Positions 40,847 through 54,130 of a DNA stretch of 64,000 nt are shown one piece after another. The notes below the pieces were generated by a model. It saw nothing but the letters and a program-made list of their open reading frames with translations. It ran no database searches and was not told the DNA's origin. Origin of the DNA: the human T2T-CHM13v2.0 reference genome, Homo sapiens; NCBI RefSeq assembly GCF_009914755.1, contig NC_060930.1, one strand, 5' to 3'. Each line of letters starts with the position of its first letter. Within the stretch, counting starts at the first letter, position 1. The translations under genes were made by a program, and so were the position numbers.

Positions 40847-41334
40847 TGTGGCATTTTTTAGGGGTTTTATGGGCATATTTTAGGTTTTGCTTCCCATAGT
40901 TAAAATTTGTCTCATCCACTCTTCTCTGTACACCAGGAGACCTCTCTAGACTGCTCTGTTAAGACACCCAAGCTCTCTTAACACCTGGCTTTCTCCTATG
41001 TTAAGCCAGGAGCAGGCACTGGGAAGAAATCAGAGGGAAGGAAGGGAAAAAGATGAGGATGTATATCTCCCTCTGCCACATCTGCTCTCTTCTGATGGGC
41101 CAAGGTTTGACAGTGGCTCCTGTCTGATAGCCAGTCTCTCATGGTGGCTGCTTTTACAGATTTCTTAACATTGCCTCCTGCTTGCCCTTTCAGAGAAGGG
41201 GTTTTAAAGCTTCCTGCTGTTACTGGCTTCTGGCTACTTCACCATCCCTAGTTGAAATGGACCCTTTGTTGAGCTCTTTTCATTTACCCCAGTGAGTGTG
41301 TCATCTGGTCGATGCTAGCAACCTGCCCCATACA
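40847..41334 (+). mobile_element. LTR33-like ERVL solo LTR
   Basis: ggcactgggaagaaatcagagggaaggaagg...gcttcctgctgttactggcttctgg...gagtgtgtcatctg...ataca. Confidence 0.7.
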
Positions 41335-42278
41335 GGTAGTATTCGTTAATTAGTTATAAATTTGACCTTTTTGGCCTCTAAAGAAACTCACGTTGAGTGT
41401 TTAAAATAATAGGATGATTCACTATTTCCTATCTGCCCTTGAAACAATTATTTGTATAAAATGCAGTGGCTCTTTGGGAGACATTTCTACTCACAAACCC
41501 TTACCATAAAATTTGGGAAGTTTTTTGAAAGCAGAGGATTTTCATAATTTTTTTAGTGTGAGTTACAGAACCCAAAGCAATATTAAAGGTGAACACATCC
41601 TAACACGACATAGCTAGCTAGAAGATGCCAAGGCCTGTGTTCTTTTCCTCAATTATTCGATATCTATCAGAACATAATTTTAGCAAGGAAATAATTGAGA
41701 CTATATAAAATTATATCAACTGTTTACTTCATTAGAAAATATATGACAGCCATGTCAATGATTATTTCAATCACCTCGTGCTGGAAGTATATACATTTTG
41801 GGGTTTCAGGGAAGCATATTTAGAACAAACAAATGTAAGTTATAGTTTCACCCATTAGGTAATAAACATCATTAGGTCATTCTTTGAATAGCTCTGCACT
41901 AGACGACTTGCAAAGCCCAGGATTCACCGTGGTGCTCAAAATGCACAAAGTCCCTCTCTTCCTCTAGGTTACAGTTGGGAGGAGGATGTTAACGCAGGCT
42001 GCCTGTGATCCCCCGACTAACTTTGTAGAAGTAGGGATGTGAGTGTTGCTCTTTGGGGAAGGAGAAGAAGTCAGAACTTCATTTATTTTCTTATCCGCTG
42101 GACCTCCAGGTAAGCTGACACATGATGCCTGTTAGGAGGAAACAATTTTCTATATTGAAAATGCTAGGCAGGATGTTCCTGCTAAAAGATTCATTATAGT
42201 CAATAAATCTAGTACCTATGGATTTTTAAGACATAGTTCCTTGGACAATAAAAGTAACTTGGACAGCTCTCTGGGGTA

Positions 42279-42663
42279 TATATTTGTCCACTCGGGTTGC
42301 CTTAACAAAACACCATAGACTGGGTGGATTAAACAACAGAAATTAATTTTCTCACAGTTCTGGAGGCTGGTAGTCCGAGATCAGAGTACCAGTGTGGTCC
42401 GACTCTGGTGAGGACTCTCTTTCTGGCCTGCAGATAATACCCTCTTGCCATGTTCTCACATGGCTAACAGAAAGAGACAGCAGGCTCTCTAGTGTCTCTT
42501 CTTATAAAGGCACTAATCCCATCATGAAGACCTCACCCTCACAACCTCATTTAAACCCAGTTATCTTCCAAAGGCCTTATTCTCAAATACCATCACATTG
42601 GAGGATAGGAGTTCAGCATATGAATTTGTGGATTGTGGGAAGGGCATGATTAGGTCCACAGTA
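42279..42663 (-). mobile_element. MLT1A0-like solo LTR
   Basis: aacaaaacaccatagactgggtggattaaacaacagaaatt...cttataaaggcactaatcccatcatga. Confidence 0.9.
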
Positions 42664-43816
42664 GGTATAAAGTGGAGATTCTGCACAATTTAAATCCCCC
42701 CTGTTCTGTGAGGTAACCCTGTGGACCTCACCTACAGACATCACTGATCATTCTGGCACTGACATGCATGTCTGATGTGAGAAAGAAGGAGCTGGGAGAC
42801 ATCTATGATGTTCAGACCTCTCTATCCTTTGCCCAAGCCTTCTGGATTTCCTGAATCCTTTATATTCTTAACAGATATTCATGCTGGGTACAATCTCTGA
42901 TCAATGGATTCAATGTGACAGTCTGATCCTGCATATTAGCTCAACCATCTCATGAGGCTTCAATGCACAAATAAGCACAGAGATCACATCTGTTTCCCAA
43001 TTTTGATAAAGTCTATAAAGAAAAGGTGCTGGTATCTTAAGAGGGTAGAAAATAAGGATTTCTGAGAAGGCAACTTCAGGAGTAAGGCCTGAAAGGTTCC
43101 AATTAGCAAAGAGAGCTACAGGTTACAGGTGCGGGTGAAGGGTTATAAGTGCCCTTTCATTATTCTTTGTATGGTTAATTTTTATCAATTATCTTTCATT
43201 TCATTATTAACCCAGCACTTGATAAAACATCAAGAGTTTATCATAACCAGTGAGTAAGTCATTAAAAGATATTATTCTTTAAATCTTAGCTCAAAGGTTC
43301 TTTCCTCTGTATACCTTTTGGGTATCCCTCAGGCTGCTGAGAGGTAACTATTTCTGCATTTCAGCAAGTCCCCTCATTCTTCTCTGCCCCTTGCCCTGTT
43401 CTTTGATGTGCTTCTTAAAGTATTTATCACACTAAACATTTGTCACAAGATTTTACACTGACCATCATAAGACCTTTGATGGCAGATACAATATTTTATT
43501 TATCTTTGTATATTTTTGCTATTTTTCATTTGTCTTTTATTTATCTTTGTATACATGACACATAGGTGATGCTTCACATTAGTTTGTCAAATTAACAAAT
43601 GAACCTTAAGTTGTGTTGAAAGCATTTCTCTTCATTAGTATACAGTGGGTTAGGATTATTAATTTACTCTGGAAACCACTAAGTACAAGCAAAATGATTC
43701 TTTAAAAATTTATGCAGCCTTTAACTCCAGAGAGTTATATAGAGGTATTTTCTATTCAAACTAATTTTCTAATATCTATTAATATAACACAGATGTACGT
43801 TTTAGTGTGTATATAG

Positions 43817-44163
<347 letters not shown>

Positions 44164-46050
44164 GGATTGAGAATTTTAAGGAGATTGCTTTGTTATTGGC
44201 TTAGAAAAATAAACTGAATTGAGCAAAAGATTAGCCCAAGAAGCTTAGATGGTAAAAAAAAAACCTAGTAAAAGATAATACAGTAAACTTATTAAAACTA
44301 TTTATCAGCAGGTCAATTAAGCACTGTGGGAAACACAGATATTTATATAGTCACATTACAGGTAATGCAAGAAGTAAAGCAGAAAATGGTGTCCATAAAC
44401 TCATGTGTCAAATCATTTTCATGCAAGCTAATAGTGATATATCAATGTAAAACCGGAGTCATACATAGTATAAATCTTTGGTGCAGTAACAGTAGTCAGG
44501 ACAAAGACTGGACCCATAGTCTGGGACCCAGAGAGAACACATCAGAGTGAGAGAACAAAAGGTGTCATGGCCAGATTACTCCAACTGCAAAGCAACATGC
44601 AGATAGGAGACACATTTAAAAACCCACTTTTTCCATCTTCCCCCATATGCCTGCTCATACATGCTTCAGAAAAATTTCAAGGGAATTAACTATTTACTAT
44701 TCCTATTCAAGTTGTCTACTACTCTGAATCTATTTTAAGTTAAAAAAATAGATAATTGCATGCTGAATATAGATGATAGTCTGAGAGCCTGAAGGAAAAG
44801 AAATATAAAATATAATATGAAACCACATTTTCCATGTCCTCTCTAATTAAATTCTCCAAGCAGACAATACTGGAAAGTGGAGGATATATTGATATGGGTA
44901 GAGCTTATTCTCAGGGTAAAGGAATGTGGACTCACACTCAGCCTAGCGAAGTTTTGAGTGGTTTGTTTTTGTTGTCTTTTCCTGTTTGGGGTAAGCCTGG
45001 AGTGAATTTCAAGAATGATAAATTGACAGCTATACATTCAGGAGTTATTGTTAGAGGTCTTCTCTGATACCTATCTAAGTCTTCTCTAAATGTGTCCTTA
45101 TACAACTCACTGTGTAAGAAAGAAAATTGGAAAATATAATTGGAAAACCATAGAACATTTTGGAAACCTGTCTTCAACTTTCCCTAATGTGATAAAGAGA
45201 GATGAATGTTGAATATTCCACTGATTATTGAATTCTGCAATTCTGCATTCATCATACAGAATTTAGTTTTGAAGCTTTTAATTCCCATTTCTTTCTCTTC
45301 TAGTTGACAATGAGGCTGGCAGTCCAACCTTTTCTCATTAGCCTGTCTGCTTTAACTTGGCACTTGTGTCTTTGGTTTCCCATTTGAGGTCTAATGTCAT
45401 GTCCTGGGTACAGGTTAAGGCTAGCTTACCATTCTACCTTTGAGCCAAATGGTAAAGTGGAAGTTGGAATACATGCTTGAGCTTATTGGTAATAATATAC
45501 TGTAAAGCTTGCTATTAGTCATGATAATAAAGTAAACATGATATTAGTGATGTAGATAATTTAGACATCTGTAACATTTTATTCTGCAAAATGTAAAATG
45601 ATGATGATAGACTATTATTTTATATATCATTAGGGGAAAAATGTTCCTAAATAAATTTTTGTTCTAAAAGTGTACTTCTTTTTCAGGTATATTAAGATAT
45701 AAAAAAAAGTCCGAAAATTTGAGAGAAACTGTAATTAGATCAGATGTACTTCTCTTAACATACTTAAAAATGCACTGAACATAATAACAGGTCAGAAGAT
45801 CAGTGCTTTTCTTCTTTTTGAAGTTGGTAAATCTTTGTGATTAGCATTGAGGCTCCTTAAGCCTTTTTAAGACATGTTCAGTAATTTCTATACCAAAGGA
45901 ACTCAGAGCTTTAAAGGACATTTCAAATGACTGGCTTATTGTTAATGTCTTATTACATTATGGACTAAAAAACCACAAATGATAGAAAGGTTACATATCT
46001 ATTTACCCCTAAAGCATTACCAGTTGTCCAACTCCTGAAGATAAGAAAAA

Positions 46051-46075
46051 TGTGTGTGTGGTGTGTGTGTGTGTG
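46051..46075. repeat. Interrupted (TG)n
   Basis: tgtgtgtgtggtgtgtgtgtgtgtg. Confidence 0.85.
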
Positions 46076-46639
46076 GCATTTTAGCATTAAGTTTATAATG
46101 TACCCTTACTTTTACTTAATAAAATATATTTCTATCAATATTATTATTATTTCTGTGATTCCTTCATCTATACCATGACTTAAAGGGTCGTTTGAAAGGT
46201 ATTCTGATTGAGTCAATATTCAGAACGTTATTTTCCTGAGAAAAATTGAATTCTGAGCAAATGACTAATACATGAACCTTCATAGTATAACCCAATTAAA
46301 AACTGAGAGATGTCTGTATCTTTATGAATGTAATTAATATGCTCAGTGCACATAAAATGTACATAATATGATCAATAGATTTATCTAAAATTTCTCAAAT
46401 ATCTTCTTAAATATCACGGTGAAAATACAATTATATTAAGAAAACAATTCCTTTTTGGCAAAGAAAATGAAATTATCTATTCAAAATATGCCAATATAGA
46501 ATAACTTAAGGAACAATTTAATTATAGAATAATTTTCACAAAAATGTCCAAAGGCAATTTTAACTGTAGTAAACTGTGAGCATATTCTGAGCATAATTAG
46601 GGATAAGTCATTATATGAGGTGAAGATATTTGTACACTA

Positions 46640-46946
<307 letters not shown>

Positions 46947-49900
46947 AAAAAAGGAAAGTATTGAATGGTCTAAATTATTTTTAAATATCACAATAAATAT
47001 ATGTTTAAGGATTGACTTTAGAAACAAGGCCACCTAATCATGGTTTGGAGTATGGCCTATATACCCTCTTATCTATAGGTCTCTTCTCTCTTGTCTTGTG
47101 TGTGTCTGAAAAGCTTCAAGTAACTTCAAAAGTGCAAATAATTTGATAAGGTAAATAAAAGCTGCAACCTGACAGCAGGAAATTTGAATTCAGCTGCCAT
47201 TTCTGCCTTGGGAAAGTGCTGGCTTTATTTTCCTCAAAGGAAATGATGTAAATACTTAACTAAAATGATTGCTGGGAGGGACATGAGAAAAAAAAAAACT
47301 ATCTGTAAGATTCTACTTTAAACTGAGAAGTGTCATGTTAGGCAACTAGCACTTTGTTTGTTAGGTCTTAAAGACAACTGGCTGATTACCAAACTCCTTA
47401 AGAACAGTCCAAATGGAGAAAGATACAATGATTGAAGCCCAGTCATGATCTGGCTGCTGATGTCCTGTGGTGTATCTGGAACCTAAGATACCTGTGAGAT
47501 GGCAGTCTCAAGTCTTTTTGTGTCCAAATGGCTTGCGTGATTGAACCATGACTTTTTTGGTTTTAAGTCTACAGCAAAAAAATATAATTTATAAATGTTT
47601 TTGAAGAGTATATTTAGGGTTCATACTTTTATCTTCATAAACTTAATACTTTGATTAAAATTAATTTTTTATCAAAACCTTAATAGAATACAAATACCTT
47701 CTGGACTTGGCATATGTAATTTGTGCTGATCCTTACTTATATGCACAAGTCATAATTTAGCAATTTAGTTTTGTTACAACTTTTCTATAAAACACCATGA
47801 CTTTTTTCATATTCCAATGGATTTACCAGAATAGGTGCTTAAAAGACAAAATGGTCAGGCTCTTTACCTTAGCTATCTCAGTGTATCTATGAAATTATAG
47901 TTTGTGGAGCTATTATTGGCATTGGTATGAATGATGTCTATAGCACAGAGACATAACAATTTGTTAGTAATGCTTTCTGGCCTGAGTGACATTTTTCACA
48001 TTACCTATATTCTTTGTCCTGGAGTCTTTTCAAAGCTCTTGCTGTTGATTAAATTCTAGGCCAGACAATTGCTAACATCTCCCAAATGGAATATTTTTGA
48101 AATAGCTTTGAAACTGCTATTTCATTCACACATTCTGGAAGAGTTTCTTTTCCTATATAATACCATATGTTCAGCTTCTATCATATATTCCCAGTTCAAA
48201 AAACCTTCTGTCTTATGATGTGTCACATCAATCAACAAGGTGTTTATTTGGAAGACATTTGGTCGTGAGCTATAACATTCCTTCCAGATACAAATTACAT
48301 GAAACCCCAGCATATAGTTCTCCATCATTCATCATTCGAGGTAGTTAGACAAGACAGGCTTTAATGACTTGAAAAGCTCTTCCAAGGGCAAATGCATTTC
48401 CAGATATTTTGGTGTGAAAAATACTATGGTTACACTGAACTTGTGCCCATATTCTCTTTTGTAAAATATATTTCTGGAATTCTTTAAGAAAACTTATTGA
48501 AAGAACATAATATCCCTGAGCAATTCTTACAATTTCTTTAAAATTTGTTTAAAATTTAAAATTTTCTCTCTCTGTTTGCCTCTCTTCTTCCTCTACCCTT
48601 CATTTGAATGTTTTTCAAAGGATTGTGCCACAAGTGTTTCTATGCAACAGCCAGAATTAGACTGAAGGCTACATATGGATATAAAAGAGAAATGGACAAA
48701 CATTTGATAAATACTGATGACTTGATTTATGTCTGTTGGTAGATTTTTCTAAATGGAAAATCATTTTACTTCCACTTTCTGTGCAAACATAGCCTTCACC
48801 TATAATTCCATTAATCTCAGGAGTATTTGTTTTACTCTTTAAATCATACATATTATTTCTGTGTATATTACTAAACATTAATATCTCCAAAAAATTCTCT
48901 CAGGGTAGAATTAATCAAATAAAGTGAGCTATTTGGAGGTGCCAAATGAATACTTGGCACCTCATTTTTGGAACCCAAAGACACAAAAGGCATTTTCCTT
49001 ACTTTCTTCAATATTGTTATTTAAAAACAAAAATATGTATTTAATCAGCATATGAAATATAAAATACAATGAAACTACATAATGAAGTCAACATGTAAAT
49101 GTAATCACTTAGCATTGTAAAACTAATTAACAGCAGATAAGATGAGTTCTTTTACCTTTGATAGCTCTGATTCTGGTTTAATTTTCTTTATCATAATTGA
49201 AGAAAATAATACTCTCAAAAGCTAATTCCTTTTGGTTTAAGGGCATCTATTGTGTTTGCATTTTTTACATTTGTTCCTCTGGAAGCAAATGCAAAGATGT
49301 CACTATGCCAAAGTCCTTAGCTGATGGGAATCACAAAATAGAGACTTGGTTACCTTCTCTGGGTTGTTTGTATGGTTCATCATTTAATTCTTCTCATTAC
49401 AAAGGGTGCACTAAAAATAAGTCTCCTTTTCTAAGACAGTAACATAAAATCAATAAATCTTAATGCATAGGAGTCTTTTGTAAAATGGATAATTTAATAG
49501 AGAAAGTACAAGTCTATGTCTACTTACAATTTTCGGTCAAGCTTACTTAATACAGATTTATTTTAAAATTTGGTGTCGTAAATTTCTTGAATACAAATAT
49601 ATGAATTATGGTTTGTTGATAGAAATGTTATGTTACTTAATTCATGTTTATCCTTTCTTTCAAACATTAAATTCCCACAATGAGAAAAGCAAAGGGATGA
49701 AAAGTACATTTGTCAGGGTTTTCAACTGGATATTTTTCTGCCAGAATGATACCTTTACTTATCACAGATTTTACTTTCATCAGGTTTTTAAGTTTGCCAA
49801 TTTCATTAGGAAAGTGAGAAAAGCTGGGGGTTTATTATTCGAATTTTGGAGCTTTTAACCTTGGAGAGATGCAGCCAAAATCCACCGCTGACATTTTAAC

Positions 49901-50403
49901 TAATGCAGATGGAGATGACAACTTCAGACTAGTATCAGTTGAAGAAAGTTCCTGAAAATCACCCTTCTCATGCCTACGTGGCAATTCTAAATGAAATGTT
50001 TCTTATTAATGTATCTTAACTGCAATGGCAATGAGGCATGAAAAGAGTATATGAGTAAGTGTCAGAGGGTCTTTTACTAATCAGTTGTGTTGTGTGATCC
50101 CTGGATACAGCTCATCAATCATAGCGTTTCATTTCTTTCTTCCATAGTACAGAGATATTGCCATCAGCTACAGCCATTTCACAGTGCCACTGCCAAGATC
50201 TACTGAGATAATGGATATGAAATAGCTTTGAACAGTGCAGGGTACTACAGAAAGACAAGGACTTATTATTTTAACACAAATTGTACATGATGCTTTCCCA
50301 AACCCTTGAGGAATTTTGCTTATGGCCTTACAATATAATATTTCATTGACATCATTTACAGATTCAAAAATATAAATATACTGCATCGTGCAGCTAATGT
50401 TGA

Positions 50404-50442
<39 letters not shown>

Positions 50443-50476
50443 ATGAGAGAGAAAGATTGAGAGAGAGAGAGAGAGA
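50404..50476. repeat. Compound (TG)n(GA)n microsatellite
   Basis: About 19 TG units followed by an interrupted GA run. Confidence 0.95.
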
Positions 50477-50719
50477 CTTCTAAGACAAATTTCAACAGAA
50501 GCAGTTAAGGTACTAAGAAAATTAATAATATGCTGTAATCTTATTAATGAATTACCTAACCAGTGTTGAAAATCTGATGACCATCATTTATTTCCTCAAC
50601 GCTCATGCACATATAGGACACTTGCTGTTTATTCTACTATTTTTAAACTAGAGGATATTTCCCGGGATAACAAACATTGTGAACAGCTTAATACACCGTC
50701 TATGTCAACCTGCTCTCCT

Positions 50720-50850
50720 TAAATTTTGAAGCGACAAAATGAGGTTCAAGAGAGATTAAGTACTATACTCAAAGTCATCTGACTTAGGAGGAGTAGAGCT
50801 GAAGTGGCAATACCCTCTAATTTTAATCTAGTTTTATTTTCACTATCTAC
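50720..50850 (-). mobile_element. MIR fragment
   Basis: aaaatgaggttcaagagagattaagtactatactcaaagtcatctgacttagg. Confidence 0.65.
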
Positions 50851-52364
50851 CACATGGAATCAGAACTGTCTTGGAGATTTATGCATCTGAACAATAATAT
50901 TTAGAACATCATCTCGTCTTTGACACCACTTTGTTCAACACAAAATGGCTATTCAAACTACTCTGGAACCCTGTCTTGTCAACCAATGCAGGAATCTTAG
51001 TTAATGTATTCCATAAACACACGCAGGTTTCCCTTAAGCACAGACTCCATGTAAGACAAGTTTCATACTTTTTCATTGTGAAAGATGCAGGTACTATTGG
51101 ATGGATCTGAAGAGTTGGCAAAATGACAGGAAGATCAGGCAGGCTGCCTGTTTTTAACTTTATGAAATTTTTCATGTTTTATTATCTATCTACTCAGATA
51201 AAATTAGGTGGGACACATTTTTAATGCTTCCAATAAATAAGAAAAATGTGCCTGCAGCATGAAAAATCCTTTGACTGCCTTGTGTTATTTGCAACAGATG
51301 AATCTAATTTGTATTCAGACATCAGTGCTATAACTAACTAGAGAAATAAAATGGATGTCTATGATCTCTCTTCAATTATTTAGTAAGGATGAAGTGTCAA
51401 TTGGCTAAAAGTAATAACACCATGGCTGTACTTAGTGTTACACCTATTAGGTAGAAATTCAAGATGGAATATACACACATACACGCATATATACAACAGA
51501 TTAATAACACAGAAGTTTAAGCAATCCAAAGTCATCATATTACTTTTGGAGGCCAAAGCATTTATACTTCAATTAGTTGGTGTTGACAAGAGGCTTACGA
51601 TTCTATCATATTATGCAGATAGAATGCTATTTTTTAAAACAGTTAAATATTGGAAAATAAATTGGTGGAAATATGAAAATTTATCTATTGTGCAGTACTG
51701 GCAGAATTCATTTATCTGTGACAGAGTCCTTCCAAACCAGGGATCTAGGGGGTCATAAAAAGATCTTAAATGTATGATAAGGAAACTATGGAAACCTTAG
51801 GTGTGGAGAACCATTTTGGGTTTAACCCTAAATGATGTTAGGCTGATACTCTTGTAACTTCTAAAAAGCAGGAAGAAAATATAATTCACAAATCAGGACG
51901 TATCTCATTCTATCTATCTAATATTTAAGACAAAGCATTACTATTTGAGTGTCACATAAGTATTCAAAGTGTTCATTATTGTTTCATGTTTCAGTAGCTA
52001 CTGAAATAATCCTGAATATGAATGATTTTGCATGCTTTTCTCCATCTGTTATCACACAACTTGGTCTCTGAAGACCATATCTTCCTTAGGCACCAACAGC
52101 TAGACATGAGTCAGCTATTGTTTTACTGGAGGAGAGTGTCACAATAAAACTTCAAATTGAAGGTAAGAAGAGATTTACACTATGAAGTAAATAAGCAGCA
52201 AGCTTTATTGTAAGACAATGTTCAAACATTTACTTCCAGAGGCAATAATGCTGCCTTACTTTCCCTTTCCTCTAATGTCATAATTATGGGTCATAATGGG
52301 TGGAAATAGGTGATGAATGACCACACTGGCAAAAGTAGCACCTGACTCAAACACTACAAGCATC

Positions 52365-52790
52365 AAAAAATGTAGGGCCAGTTACCACTTTTGTTGTCGT
52401 CTGGTAGGAACAAACAATTAACAGCATACAGCAGACTACTGCCTTATGTACAGCAATATTCATTCCAACCAACTTCTGTGAACAACCCTCATTTAACAAC
52501 TCAGGAGACCTATATAACACCTGCATACCATCCAAACCAGAAATATGGTCAAAGAACCTGGACAACTATGAGAGCAAGAACCTGTGCACCTATGACAGCA
52601 GTATGGTAGATGCTCTATCAGCTGATCAAAGAAGAAAAATATATAACTGAGAATTATCTTGAATCTTAGCAGTTGACAAAAAGATCCTCTTCTAGTGCTG
52701 ATATGAGAGTCAGAAAGAATCTAAACACAGCAAACTTTTCTTCAGGACTAATAAAATAGAAAGGAAGACATTCTGGAAAAAGGAAGGGCA
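52365..52790 (+). mobile_element. Ancient RTE-clade LINE remnant (L4/RTE-X-like) RT C-terminal region
   Basis: Frameshifted translation NNPHLTTQ / LYNTCIPS / KYGQRTWTT resembles the RTE-type 'W.N..L...TK.RLYNTC..P.LLYGSETWT' block. Confidence 0.55.
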
Positions 52791-53379
52791 CTAATTTAAT
52801 CAAATTCTTTCTACTTTGCTGTGGATTTTTCCATAAGGATTAATCAAAGATTATCTTGGTGCAGTGTTTATATGGAATACTTCTCACATATATAGGTTAC
52901 AAGTATTGTGAAGTTAAAATTTGGGAATGCAAGTCCATTTTATTTAAAAAGCTTGTGTTGTTAAACATATTTTGTAAATATCAATTTTTGAGATGTTCAA
53001 ATTAAAACATCATTAATAAAGTTACATTTATATTTGAGTAATGCCTAAGGCCAAAGACATAAGAAAATTAAAGAAAGCATACTATCATATCACTGAGCCA
53101 TATCAAAATGAAGAACACGCTAATGTTTATATTATACTTATTTCTTGAATCCTGGGAATATTTCTTCTATGTACAATTTATCTCAAAATATTAATATATA
53201 CTATTGTAATAATACAATAATAAAAACATCTTATTGTCTCTTCTAAGAAATCAAAGCTCCTTAACTTATTTTGCCTTCTTCAACCTATATATAGTCTTGA
53301 ATTCAGGAATGATATAAAAGAGACACTAGAGCTCAGAAGGAATCTGTGATTTATCCAGGCTTCAGTGAAGGATAATAAA

Positions 53380-54130
53380 TATAAACATACCTGAATCCAT
53401 CTATTTTGACCCAGCCCCAATACCACCACAGCAAGCCAACTTGTTATCATCCTTCACATGGACTAAATACAATGGATTCCTAACCGGACTGTATTTCTGT
53501 ACTTGCTTACCTTCAATTCACTTTCTATGCCAAAATTAGGGTGATCTTCTACAATCCAAATGCATTCATACATTCGCTTGTTTTGCAAGTTTAAAGTTTT
53601 TCCCTTGCATGAGATTGAGAAGTTACTCAATATGAGCTAAAAGTTGCTGAATAATCCATCCCTGTCTACCTCTCCAGGGTCATTACTCACCACTCTCCTC
53701 CAGTATCACAATGCTCCAGAAACTCTTTGCTCACCTCAGGGATTTCGCAGATACCTTTCCTTTGGCTGGAATGCACTTCCCTCTGCTACAACTGGATAAT
53801 TTTTCACATCTTCTAGATCTCATTTTATAGAGATGGGGTGGGGGAAACCACAGAAACTTCTTAATCCATAAGAAGCGTCTGTGTCTCCAATCTTAAATAA
53901 TTGTTCATCTTATATTATCTCATTGCAATATCTACTTTTCTTACATAGAAAGTTGATTATAATTTGTAATTATGTATTTATTTCTGATTATTTGTATCAT
54001 TTCTCTATCTCCCCACCCCTCTCCATGACTGTTTCTATTACTTTCCATTAAATACTCTGTGCCTTACAAGGATATGACCAGTAGCTAACCAGCAAGTAAT
54101 AGATATTTGTAACAGGGTGAAAAAAACGAC
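53380..54130 (+). mobile_element. L2 3' region
   Basis: ccttcacatggactaaatacaatggattcctaaccggact...ctcacctcagggatttcgcagatacctttcctttggctggaatgcacttccc. Confidence 0.75.

Noticed and set aside
52391-52609. 72-aa ORF as a possible small protein
   Set aside because: Non-ATG start; better explained as one frame of a frameshifted RTE-LINE remnant.
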